Positions 12,340 to 24,664 of a stretch of 64,000 nt of DNA are shown here, in pieces (the first letter of the stretch is position 1; every line of letters starts with the position of its first letter). This DNA is from Octopus sinensis (lineage: Eukaryota). The notes beneath the pieces were generated by a model. That model made no database searches and was not told the origin of the DNA. It saw only the letters and a list, made by a program, of their open reading frames with translations. Made by a program: the position numbers and the translations under genes. The stretch lies in assembly GCF_006345805.1 (NCBI RefSeq), contig NC_042999.1, forward strand, positions 165,726,001 through 165,790,000. The letters run 5' to 3'.

Positions 12340-12530
12340 GTTAAATGTGAGGCTGTTCGGCTAAAATTGTTTCCCTTTTGTGTTTCACTTCAGCGGGAAA
12401 GAAAATGTTTGTTACGTCACACGTGGTTGTGTTTCCTATGCACAGCGCGGTTTCGCTATCACGGTTAGTTTGTATATAGACCCTACCCCTCGTTTGAGTG
12501 TGGCTGCGTGCGCGCGCGCGCGGTTGTATG
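12340..12530 (-). promoter_or_regulatory. CpG-rich putative promoter/5' region of GDE1
   Basis: Local CpG enrichment in a CpG-poor background about 0.5 kb upstream of the GDE1 ATG. Adjacent CRE/ATF-like TTACGTCA and E-box CACGTG at ~12412-12426. Position-based inference only. Confidence 0.4.
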
Positions 12531-12597
12531 GATGGATGTGTGTGTGTGTGATTATTCATGTTTATTTCAAGATTTCTTACCGATAGAGAAAGCCTGT

Positions 12598-12900
12598 TTA
12601 TGTATGTATGTATGTATGTATGTATGTATGTATGTCTGTATGTATGTATGTATGTATGTATGTATGTATGTCTGTATGTATGTATGTATGTCTGTATGTA
12701 TGTCTGTATGTATGTATGTATGAATGTATGTATGAAGGTATGTATTATGAATGTATGTATGTATGTATGAATGTATGTGTGTATGTATGAAGGTATGTAT
12801 GTATGAAGGTATGTATGTATGAATGTATGTGTGTATGTATGTATGTATCAAGGTATGTATGTGTGTGTGTGTGTATGTATGTATGTACGTACGTATAGAT
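12598..12900. repeat. (TATG)n microsatellite
   Basis: Direct reading. Source of the MYVC/HTYI ORFs. Confidence 0.95.
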
Positions 12901-13661
12901 GTATGTGCGTACGTACAGACGGACATGTCAAAAAAGACGAATGTACCAAGTCTAGGTTCAGCGAATATGTAACTGTAGCAGGAGTCTTCAGAAATTCCGG
13001 GGTTGGTATCCAGCTTGCTGGAAGACCAGTGGGAGTGAGGCTCCCCTCAACTTTTTTTAAACCATGTGTCTATGAGAAAGTCACTCAGATATAAAACCAG
13101 ATATGCAGGGAATGGCATCGAACATTTAGGGTATCTTTTGCTTGCCCTTGAAATCATGGCACTCCCACATTCCTGAGCCTGCGACCCATATTGACACTGG
13201 ATATCTTCCCCTGGCCTGTCTCTGGATCACATCAGTCAGGTGGAGAGGGTCTGTGAGGTTCTGTGCAAGCCTTTTTAGATCTAAAATTTAGGTTGTGGAA
13301 TCACTAGCAAAGTAACTTTCTGATACCTAGTGAAGTGGAGAGTGGGGGGGGCATGGCAAGCCTGAAGGTTGCAGGTGCACAACCAGGTGAAGCCAACCAA
13401 AGGTGAAATAACATTATGCACAGGTATTGCTGTTGCTTTATGTTGGCAATGGTCAGTGATGGTCTTCCTTGGTCACAAGTGGACAGCCATTATATGAATC
13501 TGTTTTGCATGGTCAGTGCCTAAACCATCGGCTCTACCAATCCTATTTGGAAGCAGGAGTGGTTTTCATCAGACACCCAGCAGGACAAAACAAAACTGTC
13601 AAAAAGATGAATCCAATTGAGTTAAAAGCCATCCAACAGCTGGGGGTGGATATATATATAT

Positions 13662-13889
13662 ATCATCATCATCATCATCATTTAATGTCCGCTTTCCATG
13701 CTAGCATGGGTTGGACGGTTCGACCGGGGTCTGGGAAGCCAGGAGCTGCACCAGGCCTAGTCTGATCTGGCAGTGTTTCTACAGCTGGATGCCCTTCCTA
13801 ACGCCAACCACTCCATCAGTGTAGTGGGTGCTTTTTACGTGCCACCGGCACAGGTGCCAGACGAGGCTGGCTAACAGCCACGATCGGAT

Positions 13890-13891
<2 letters not shown>
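13662..13891 (-). mobile_element. RTE-LINE 3' end fragment inside (TA)n
   Basis: (atc)n tail, tttaatgtccgctttccatgctagc..gcccttcctaacgccaacc, and one gtgccaccggcac unit. (TA)n lies on both sides. Confidence 0.85.
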
Positions 13892-13949
<58 letters not shown>

Positions 13950-14238
13950 CAGTAAAAGAGGGAGTACAAAGGAGTGACAGAGAGAGGAGAATTGGAAAGA
14001 AAGGAAGAGACATAAACAAGAGACCATGGCACTACAACCAGCCAGGAACAGTCTTCGCTACATTTGCAGTACCTGCCAGAGGGAGTGTTTGTCCAGGATA
14101 GGACTACACAGCCACAGCAGGAAATGTATCAGAGAATAAAATATAACAGCCGGACTAGACCTAGAAAAAAAAAAAAAAAAAAAAAAATGCGCAACTCCAT
14201 TGTCTCCCGAGACAGAAAGGATGCCAATACAATACAAT

Positions 14239-14305
<67 letters not shown>

Positions 14306-15181
14306 CCAGCGGGCCTCCCAGCCTTTGGCCTGGTCTGTATGGTGCTCAAATGTATTCATAAGGCATGTATTGGCATGTATCATAATGTCCATTTTCCTTA
14401 CAATAAAAGTTGTAAAAAGGTATTTCAATAATGTATAGCATAATCTTTGACATATACATACAATATATCACCAAATTTCACTTCACAAATCAAAAATACA
14501 ATTACTTGTAAACGTAATACATGTAAGATAAGGGATGTTCCAATAGTAGATCAATGTGAAAGTGTTTTGCAGATAAGATGAATTTGTAGTAACTGGAAAA
14601 ATGTGTCTTGGCATAAACTGTGATTGGAGCATTTGACATAACATTAGAAATTGTGGTTGTGCTGTGGAGACCTTTTGGCCTCACAGACATTTGTTTTCTG
14701 AGTTTGGGACTATTGTCGCCAATATATCTGGACGGATATTTTATTAGCGGCTATAAGCAGATGAGTTCATAATCATAAGATACACTGCTATCAGCTGTCC
14801 AAAGACTTCAATGCATGAAAAGACAGGAAGAATTGTATGAGAAGAAGAATCTCTTTATGGCACCCAGTGAGTGCTTTTCTATAAATTAAAACAGTTTAAA
14901 TGTACTTGAAGGGCCCCACCCTCCCCATTTTCTGAAAAAGGAATATTGTTAGTATTGGTGGTGGTAGTTGTGGTAGTTGTATTGGAGATGTCTCTGTAGT
15001 TGTAGTGTTAGTTGTATTGGTATTGGCAGTAATATATATATATAATCAAAATAAGCAACAAGAATCCTTTAATTTTCAGTCAAGAACCCGGTCATCCTCG
15101 CAATTTCAGCTGATTGTTCTTGTCCCATTTTGTTTTATATATATATATATACACACACACATACATATATATATTCAAGTA

Positions 15182-15291
<110 letters not shown>

Positions 15292-15315
15292 ATATATATA
15301 TATGTATATATATAT

Positions 15316-15960
15316 TGTAATGTCAGTGTGCACTCACGACAGAGTGTAAGCACCCTGAGAGAAATGCTGGACATAAGAAGCATCAGATGTGGTGTGCAAG
15401 AGCGACGCTTGCGATGGTATGGTCATGTACTACGGATGGATGAGGAGAGATGTGTGAAGAAGTGCCGCTCCCAAACAGTTGAAGGTATCAGGGAGAGAGG
15501 TAGACCCAGGAAGACATGGGATGAGGTGGTCAAGCATGACCTCAGAGCATTGGGCCTCACAGAGGCAATGACGAAGGACTGAGATCTCTGGAGATATGCT
15601 GTGACTGCAAAGACCCGGGCTGCTTTCTGCACCAGTTCCGCATAGCCCCAGCCCATTCAAAGTACCTTGGATTTCAGAACAACATGCTGTGCTTGAAGAG
15701 ACCTATTGAGTCAAGTACATGAACATTGAAATAAATATCAAATGGAAATAGTAGTTGTGACACCTGTGCCGGTGGCACGTAAAGAGCACCCACTACCCTC
15801 ATGAAGTGGTTGGCGTTAGGAAGGGCATCCAGCTGTAGAAACACTGCCAGATCAGACTGGAGCCTGCTGCAGCCTCCTGGCTTCCCAGACCCCGGTCGAA
15901 CCGTCCAACCCATGCTAGCACGGAAAACGGACATTAAACGATGATGATGATGATGATGAT
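15316..15960 (+). mobile_element. RTE-clade LINE copy 1 (3' ~650 bp)
   Basis: Encodes CNVSVHSRQSVSTLREMLDIRSIRCGVQERRLRWYGHVLRMDEERCVKKC..GRPRKTW, followed by the 3' UTR and a ttaaac(gat)n tail. Flanked by (TA)n. Confidence 0.92.
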
Positions 15961-16310
15961 ATATATATATATATATATACATAAAATTTTTACCGAATAT
16001 GGTCCTTTCCATACTGAAATACTACTAGGTGAAATTTATTGATTTTATTAAATTAATTATATTTCACCCTTTATCTGTATATATATATACACATATATAT
16101 TTATATACACAGAGGCATAAATGTGTGGTAAGAAGCTTGCTTCTCAACTGCATTTTTCCAGGTTCAGCCCAGCACCCTGGGCAACTGTTTTCTACTATAG
16201 AAAACACTAAGCCTTGTGAATGGATTTAATACATGAAAACTGAAAGAAGCCAATCGTATGTATGTGTGAATATATGTGTATATATATATGTATGTATATA
16301 TATATATATG

Positions 16311-16344
<34 letters not shown>

Positions 16345-16538
16345 CTATATATATATATATATGTATAATATATATATTATATATGTATATATATATATAA
16401 TATAGGTATATGTATATATATATATATATATGATATATTATATATAATATATTATATATATATAATTATACATATATATCTATATATATATATATACTAT
16501 ATATATATACATATATATATATACATATATATATATAC

Positions 16539-16572
<34 letters not shown>

Positions 16573-18335
16573 GACCCGGCAGGACTAGTCAGGCCATATC
16601 CCGTGGCCCCTACCTGGGACGTAGTCGATCCACCTGTGCATCCTTCCTTCTATGACACTTGTGAAGACCTGCTGAGGCAAGTGAAAAATCAATCAAAATA
16701 GATGACATCAATGGAATTGTATCTTGTGGTACCAGTGCCGGTGCACACCAGAATCCATCCGAACGTGGCCGTAGTCAGTACCGCTTGTGGTACCAGTGCC
16801 GGTGGCACACAAGAATCCATCCGAACGTGGCCGTAGTCAGTACCGCTCACTGGCCATTGTGCTGTGGGCAATAACACACCATCCGGTCGTGGCCGTTCGC
16901 CAGCCTCATCTAGCACCTGTGTCGGTGGCACATAAAAAGTAGTCAGTACCGCTTGTGGTACCAGTGCCGGTGGCACACAAGAATCCATCCGAACGTGGCC
17001 GTAGTCAGTACCGCATCACTGGCCATTGTGCTGTGGCACATAACAAACACCATCCGTCGTGGCCGTGTCGCCAGCCTCATCTCTAGCACCTGTGTCGGTG
17101 GCACATAAAAAGTAGTCAGTACCGCTTGTGGTACGAGTGCCGGTGGCACACAAGAATCCATCCGAACATGGCCGTAGTCAGTACCGCATCACTGGCCATC
17201 GTGCTGTGGGCACATAATCAAACACCATCCGGTCGTGGCCGTTCGCCAGCCTCATCTAGCACCTGTGTCGGTGGCACATAAAAAACCATCCGAAGACCCG
17301 GCAAGACTAGTCAGGCCATAAACCATGGCCCCTACCTGGGACGTAGTCAGTCCACCTGTGCATACCTTCCTCCTTGTGATACTGTGAAGGCCTGTTGAGG
17401 CAAGTGAAAATCAAAATCAAAATCAAATCAAAACAAATCAAAATAGATGAACATCAATGGAATTTGTATCTTGTGGTACCAGTGCCGGTGGCACACAAGA
17501 GAAAACCATCCGAAAGTGGCCGTAGCCAGTACCGCATCGACTGGCCTCCGTGCTGTGGGCACATGACAAACACCATCCGATCGTGGCCGTTCGCCAGCAT
17601 CTAGCACCTGTGTCGGTGGCACATAAAAACACCATCCGAAGACCCGGCAAGACTAGTCAGGCCATAACCCATGGCCCCTACCTGGGATGTAGTCAGTCCA
17701 CCTGTGCATACCTTCCTTCTTGTGACACTTGTGAAGACCTGTTGAGGCAAGTGAAAATCAAAATCAAAATCAAACAAATCAAAATAGATGAACATCAATG
17801 GAATCTGTATCTTTGGGTACCAGTGCCGGTGGCACACACTTTGTGGTACCAGTGCCGGTGGCACACAAGAGAACCATCCGAACGTGGCCGTAGCCAGTTC
17901 CGCATCGACCGGCCTCCGTGCTGTGGGCACGTAACAACACCATCCGATCATGGCCGTTCGCCAGCCTCATCTGGCACCTGTGTCGGTGGCACATAAAAAC
18001 ACCTTCCGAAGACCCGGCAAGACTAGTCAGTCCACCTGTGCATACCTTCCTTCTTGTGACACTTGTGAAGACCGGTTGAGGCAAGTGAAAATCAAAATCA
18101 AAATCAAAATAGACAAAATAGATGAACATCAATGGAATTTGTATCTTGTGGTACCAGTGCCTGTGGCACACAAGAAATCCATCAGTGCTGTAGTCAGTGC
18201 GGTGGGCACATGACAAACACCATCCGATCGTGGCCGTTCGCCAGCCTCATCTAGCACCTGTGTCGGTGGCACATAAAAACACCATCCGAAGACCCGGCAA
18301 GACTAGTCAGGCCATAACCCATGGACCCTACCTGC
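16573..18335 (+). repeat. Tandem array of RTE 3'-UTR-derived units
   Basis: Units start with gacccggca(a/g)gactagtc at 16573, 17295, 17641, 18011 and 18291. This sequence is the last codons of the RTE ORF (cf. 19932). Complete units end in cacataaaaac..ccgaa. Confidence 0.9.
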
Positions 18336-20563
18336 ATGAAGACAGGGAAAGCCCCAGGCCCATCAGGAATTACTGCAGAGATGCTCAAAATATCTGGCAG
18401 TGTCGGCTATAACCTAGTCACCCGTATAGTCAACCAGGTGATACACAAAGGAGTCATACCCAATGACTGGAGTAGCAGCATACTAGTCAACTGCTACAAA
18501 GGTAAAGGTGATGCCCTGGACACAAATAATTACAGAGGTATCAAGCTGTTGGATCAGGTAATGAAGGTTACGGAGAGGGTCATAGCCCAACTAATTAGAG
18601 AGAGAGTTAGTTTAGATGAGATGCAGTTTGGGTTTGTCCCAGGGAAAAGCACCACTGATGCTATATTCCTGGTAAGGCAGCTGCAGGAAATACCTAGCCA
18701 AAGATAAGCCCCTGTACCTGGCTTTCGTTGACATGGAGAAAGCCTTTGATAGGGTCCCCCGTTCCCTCATCTGGTGGTCAATGAGGAAACTAGGGATAGA
18801 TGAATGGCTGGTGAGGGCTGTGCAAGCCATGTACAGAGATGCCGTAAGTAAGGTTAGAGTTGGCAGCATGTACACAGAAGAATTCAAGGTAGAGGTTGGG
18901 TCCACCAGGGTTCAGTACTCAGCCCCCTCCTATTTATCATAGTCCTCCAGGCAATTGTGGAGGAATTCAAGACAGGTTGCCCTTGGGAGCTCCTCTATGC
19001 TGACGACCTCGCTCTAATCACTGAGTCACTATCAGAACTGGAGGAGAAGTTCCAGGTGTGGAAGGAGGGTTTAGAATCGAGGGGCCTTAGAGTCAACCTA
19101 GCTAAAACCAAAGTACTAATAAGTAGAAAGTTAGAAAATCCACAAATATCCTCAGGAAGATGGCCCTGCTCGATCTGTAGAAAAGGTGTAGGTAGAAACT
19201 CTATAAGATGTACCCAGTGTAAGCTATGGACACATAAGAGGTGCAGCAATGTCAAAGGTAGGCTAACTGGGAAGATAGTTTTTGTATGTGGCAGATGCTC
19301 TGGAGCATTGACCTCCGAAATCTGCAGAAAACAACTTCCGTCACTTTCCAGGGGAAAAACTAGAAGTAGTTGATAGCTTCCGCTATCTAGGTGACCAAGT
19401 CAGTAGTGGGGGCGGGTGCGCTGAAAGTGTAACTGCTAGAATAAGAATAGCCTGGGCAAAGTTTAGGGAGCTCTTACCTCTGCTGGTGACTAAAGGCCTC
19501 TCGCTCAGAGTAAAAGGCAGACTGTATGATGCATGTGTACGAACAGCTATGCTACATGGCAGTGAAACATGGGCCGTGACTGCTGAGGACATGCGTAAGC
19601 TTGTGAGGAACGAAGCCAGTATGCTCCGATGGATGTGTAATGTCAGTGTACTTACTCGACAGAGCGTTAGTACCTTGAGAGAAATGTTGTACCTAAGAAG
19701 CATCAGTTGTTGTGTGCAAGAGAGACGATTGCGCTGGTATGGTCATGTGGCGAGAATGGATGAAGATAGGTGTGTGAGAAAGTGCCAATCCCTAGCAGTT
19801 GATGGAACCCGTGGAAGAGGTAGACCCAGGAAAACCTGGGACGAAGTGGTGAAGCACGACCTTCGGACGTTAGGTCTCACCATGGAAATGACTAGAGACC
19901 GAGACCTATGGAAGTATGCTGTGTGTGAGAAGACCCGGCAAGACTAGTGAAGCCATAATCCGTGGCCCCTACCTGGGACGTAGTCAGTCCACCTGTGCAT
20001 ACCTTCCTTCTTGTGACACTTGTGAAGACCTGTTGAGGCAAGTGAGAATCGAATCGAATCAAATCAAAATCAAATCGAACCAAATCAAAATAGATGAACA
20101 TCAATGGAATTTGTATCCTTGTGGTACCAGTGCCGGTGGCACATAAGAAACCCCAAACGTGATCGTAGCCAGTACCGCAACGACTGGCCTCTGTGCTGAG
20201 GGCACGTAACAAACACCATCCGAGCGTGGCCGTCCGCCAGCCCCGTCTGGCACCTGTGTCGGTGACACATAAGAAAACACCATCCGAGTGTGGCCGTCAG
20301 CCAGCCTCGTCTGGCACCTGTGTCGGTGGCACATAAAAACACCATCCGAGCGTGGCCATCTGCCAGCCTCGTCTGGCACCTGTGTCGGTGGCACATAAAT
20401 CACCCCTACACTCTCGGTGGTTGGCGTTAGGAAGGGCATCCAGCTGTAGAAACACTGCCAGATCTGACTGGCCTGGTGCAGCCTTCGGGCTTGCCAGACC
20501 CCAGTTGAACCGTCCAACCCATGCTAGCATGGAAAGCGGACGTTAAACGATGATGATGATGAT
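18336..20563 (+). mobile_element. RTE-clade LINE copy 2 (5'-truncated, frameshifted RT + PHD finger + 3' UTR)
   Basis: RT motifs KAPGPSGI, KGKGD..NYRGIKLL, QFGF..GKSTTDAIF, FVDMEKAFDRVPR, LLYADDL, FRYLG, RWYGH across frames. Ends ttaaac(gat)n. Confidence 0.95.
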
Positions 20564-20729
20564 ATATATATATATATTATGTGAAATAGAAAGATGAATA
20601 ATCTTGTAGCAGATTAATCAAAAGTTTAACCGATACCTTGGTAGCAAAAATCACAGCAGAAGACAGCACGGTTGGAGGTACAACCATATGGTGTTGCAAC
20701 CGTGCGTTGGTGCGGATAATTGAATTTTA

Positions 20730-21066
20730 ATATTATTGGTGAATTGAAGAAATGGAGCTGAACGAAGATTGAACAGAAATCGTTTTATTTCATTCTACAC
20801 GTGTTTCGAAAGGCACAATTTACCAAAATCCGATTGAATAATGAGACCATATAGGAGCCTAGTTCGATTTGTTTTGCTTCGCCTCTGTTCTGTTTTTGTT
20901 TTTTCTAACGGATTTCCTATTTCTTCCTGAAGAGAAAGACACAATATGGTCTCATTATTCAATCGGATTTTGGTAAATTGTGCCTTTCGAAACACGTGTA
21001 GAATGAAATAAAACGATTTCTGTTCAATCTTCGTTCAGCTCCATTTCTTCAATTCACCAATAATAT
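20730..21066. mobile_element. Penelope-like terminal-repeat remnant with perfect 123-bp inverted repeat
   Basis: 20730-20852 is the exact reverse complement of 20944-21066 (91-bp spacer). It contains a hammerhead motif and abuts (TA)n. The PLE assignment is inferred from HHR + inversion + microsatellite context. Confidence 0.75.
20919..21009 (+). ncRNA. Type I hammerhead ribozyme, intact core
   Basis: Stem I atttcttc (20919-26) / gaa-t-gaaat (21001-09). CUGAAGA 20927-33. Stem II gaaag-a-cacaat / attgtg-c-ctttc. GAAA 20989-92. Stem III A-C-[ACGU]-G-U. Cleavage triplet GUA, cut after 21000. Confidence 0.85.
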
Positions 21067-21133
21067 ATATATATATATGTATATATATATATTATATATA
21101 TATATACATATATATATATACATATATATATAC

Positions 21134-21203
<70 letters not shown>

Positions 21204-21540
21204 CATATACATACATATATATATGAACAAACACACACACACATATGTATGTATATGTATATATCATCATCATTATCATTTAGCGGAAAGCAGACGCTAA
21301 ATGATGATGATGATGATATATACATATACATACATATGTGTGTGTGTGTTTGTTCACCACCACTGCTTGACAACCAGTGTTGGTGTGTTCATGGTGTCGT
21401 AGCATGGCCGCAGTCAAATGACTGAAAAGAACTAAAAGATAAAAAATTTACAGACCGAATTTACATGGAGTACAACCAGAGTTGGATTTAGAATGAATAA
21501 GACCAATGGATTTGGTTGACAGAAACCGAAAGAAGCCCAT

Positions 21541-21574
<34 letters not shown>

Positions 21575-22512
21575 TGTTTGTATCTGTTTTTCTTTCACTA
21601 CCACTTGATAACTAGTGTTGGTGTGTAACTAAGCGGTTTAGGAAAAGAGACCGATAAAATAAGTACTAGTCTTAACAAGAAAAGGGAAAAGTCCTGGGGT
21701 CAATTCATTTGGCATATAACAGGTTGTGATTTTACCTACCATCAAATATTATCACTTTATAGTGTTGATAACTTTTCAGAGGTGCTGGCAGTAGCAAATC
21801 TTTTTGGCGCTGGAAATGCATACACTTCTGATTCACTTAGTGTAGCAAAAGGCTGGAATGATGTTTTGGGAGAAAACATTAGGAGGTGAAAATCTAATGG
21901 AAAAAAATATATAAAAAAAAGAAAGGAAGAGTTATTCCCCATGGATTAGTTATGACAATAACAAATGCTGAAAATCATAACGGAAGCAAAATTGTTATTA
22001 AAGGAAATGAAAGATGTCATTAGGAATAACAGTTAAGTGTAGGCAGTGCATGCTCCTTAAAGTGGGTGGGTGGGTAGGTTTTAGGGAGGCAGGCACATCA
22101 GTGGCATTCGGTGGTTGTTGTATTTAGTGGTATTGGGTGTGCTGTCACACTCAATTCCACTAAATTTCAAGCAGAGGAATAACAAAAGATTTCCTTTAAG
22201 ATTTGTTATTAAATTAATGAATAAAGTTAATATTTATAATGAATTTGCCACCTGGAATATACACCCTTTATATATATATATATATATATAGAATATGATG
22301 TGTTTTGTTCACTGGTGATCTAAACGAATGAGTAAGTGCAAAAACTGGTCATCCATTAGGTCCCAAGTTCACAGCTGAGGCTGGACCTAGGGATCCGTTT
22401 TAGGTTTTCATGTTACCAGGTATATATTAGGGGAAAAGGACAACAAAATCTCAGGCAGGATGAATATCTCATGCCATTTATAATACTTTAATTAGGGTAA
22501 GGTGAATTTGAA

Positions 22513-22588
22513 GTCTTACAGTTGTTTCTGGAATATCCCAAGTGATAGGGTACCATGTCTGTACACTGGGTATTCCATCATCAGAGAC
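22513..22588 (-). ncRNA. Type I hammerhead ribozyme, intact core
   Basis: Minus strand: gtct CUGAUGA tggaata-ccc-agtg..cact-t-ggg-a-tattcca GAAA c aact g UA agac. Stem I gtct/agac, long stem II, GUA cleavage between 22517 and 22516. Confidence 0.85.
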
Positions 22589-23629
22589 AAGGTGAGTATG
22601 TATGGCAGTTTTAGACATGGAAATTCAAGGAATAAAGAGTAAAAGTCGATAGAATACAGACAGGTGAAGAAAGTTCACAGTTCATCTTTTTCCAGAGGAT
22701 GCAGAGGTTGGTCCACACTTCTGTGAAGGTCCTTAGCTATTATCCCAGGTAGATCCAGGCAGTATTTCGAATGATGCATTCATGTTGATTATGTGTTTAG
22801 CTAGTATGCAAATGGTCCCCGTGGATTATATAGGATGAGAAAGACAAACATTAAGATAGATAGAGGTAGGTTATGAGTGAGGGAAAAGAAAGCCAAGGGA
22901 TAGGTGCCGGAAAGAATGAGAGTGAAAGTAAAGTAAAACAAGAAATAAAAATAAAAAGAACAAAGATAGAGATAAGCTGCCAGTATTATCTTCCTTGTTC
23001 CAGCTACAACGGAGAGAAAGAAACACAAGTGAGGAGAAAAAAGAAAGATGGCCGTTGCTTTCTTTCTCTTTCTCTCTCTTATTCTTTTACCTCTTCTTCT
23101 CCCACTATTCTATCCTATTATTCTGCCGCTCTCTCCCCTTCACTCCTCCTCCCTTGCTCACATGGCTCCCACGTGACCATTGGCCATCATTCTTTCTTCT
23201 CCAAACTTGCGTTTCTTTCTTTCTCTCTGTTGTAGCTGGAACAAGGAAGACGTGTTCTTGTCTGTCTCCTGTCCAACCTTGATTTGCATATTTGCCACCA
23301 CAACCTCGTATAGGCTTAGCAGCCCTTCCTGTTTGTTTTCACTGTCCTGTTTGTGTTACCAATTTTGACCATCTGCAAAATCCCAAATTTGATTTACTTT
23401 GCTTTGCAGGAGCAACTGTTTTATCGAAAGTGTATATTGTTGTTAAATGCTCGAAATACAAGAGTAGAAAAACAGCCAACAAGGGATGAAGGGTCGTCTT
23501 TATGTTGCTTGTCTTGTTTTCCATTTGTGTCTTTTGTTGTTCAAAAAAATAGTTCATATTCCATGTACTCGTACTTTGTATTTTTTTGTTGTACACATTT
23601 CATGACATCCTGTGCCCGCATATGCATAT

Positions 23630-23636
23630 ATATGTA

Positions 23637-23703
<67 letters not shown>

Positions 23704-23732
23704 CATATATACATATACATATATATATATAC

Positions 23733-23798
<66 letters not shown>

Positions 23799-23896
23799 CA
23801 TATGTATATACATATATATATATATATATGTATATACATATGTATATACATATACATATATGTATATACATATATATATATATGTATATACATATA

Positions 23897-23929
<33 letters not shown>

Positions 23930-23990
23930 GTATATACATATACATATATATACATATATATATATATGTATATACATATATATACATATA

Positions 23991-24062
<72 letters not shown>
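23630..24062. repeat. Long imperfect (TA)n microsatellite
   Basis: Direct reading. Source of the YIYI ORFs. Similar tracts at 10617-10700, 16260-16572, 21061-21260, 46455-46520 and 61620-61710. Confidence 0.95.
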
Positions 24063-24063
<1 letters not shown>

Positions 24064-24065
<2 letters not shown>

Positions 24066-24233
24066 CGCAGTAGTGGCTGTGTGGTAAGTAGCTTAGCGGT
24101 TCCGCAAAAGAGACCGATAGAATAAGTACTGGGCTTACAAAGAATAAATCCCGGGGTCGATTTGCTCGACTAAAGGCGGTGCTCCAGCATGGCTGCAGTC
24201 AAATGACTGAAACAAGTAAAAGAGTAAAAGAGT
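24064..24233 (+). mobile_element. SINE family A with large internal deletion
   Basis: Head ggcgcagtagtggctgtgtggtaagtagctt is joined directly to agcggttccgcaaaagagaccg (ctt microhomology relative to the full copy at 63035). Tail intact. Confidence 0.85.
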
Positions 24234-24597
24234 ATGAATGTATATATATAATAAGAGTAAACAATAACTTTACTGGAAGATTTCGGTATGTAAATATAAC
24301 CATTAACGGTAGGAACTTCTATAAAAGTTCAATATATATTTTCAGTATATAAATATTTTTTTACTATTATTTACTCTTATTATATTACTAATTGGAATTT
24401 TCACTCCCTTACGACAACCCATAGTTTCTATCTCTAAGGAACTATTTTTGTAATACACATAGTAAAATGAGGGAAGATTTATGGATTCAATCGTCTCTTT
24501 ATAGGTTTGGCCTATGCTTGCTTTCTTCCACTATTTCGATGACGCCTGATCGGGAAGTGGAGGTACGTAGCATTTGATAAATCTATTTTAGTGGAGG

Positions 24598-24664
24598 TTT
24601 ACGCTGATGAAAGACATGGAATTTATACTTTTTTATATTCCTAATCCAGAAACGTGTTCGTAAA
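24598..24664 (+). ncRNA. Degenerate type I hammerhead motif
   Basis: tttacg CUGAUGA ..ggaat../..attcc.. GAAA cgtg UU cgtaaa. Stem I is a perfect 6 bp, but the base of stem II is unpaired. Confidence 0.5.

Noticed and set aside
16689-18216. ORFs with repeated VPPALVPQ / CHRHWYHK, and a superficially CRISPR-like repeat pattern
   Set aside because: Read-throughs of the RTE 3'-UTR array. The units are homologous along their whole length, with no unique spacers or cas genes, in a eukaryotic context.
23554-24125. Long ORFs rich in YIYI / MYVC / HTHT (also at 12.5, 14.1, 15.1, 21.1 and 48.4 kb)
   Set aside because: Translations of (TA)n, (TATG)n and (CA)n microsatellites that lack stop codons. No coding signal.
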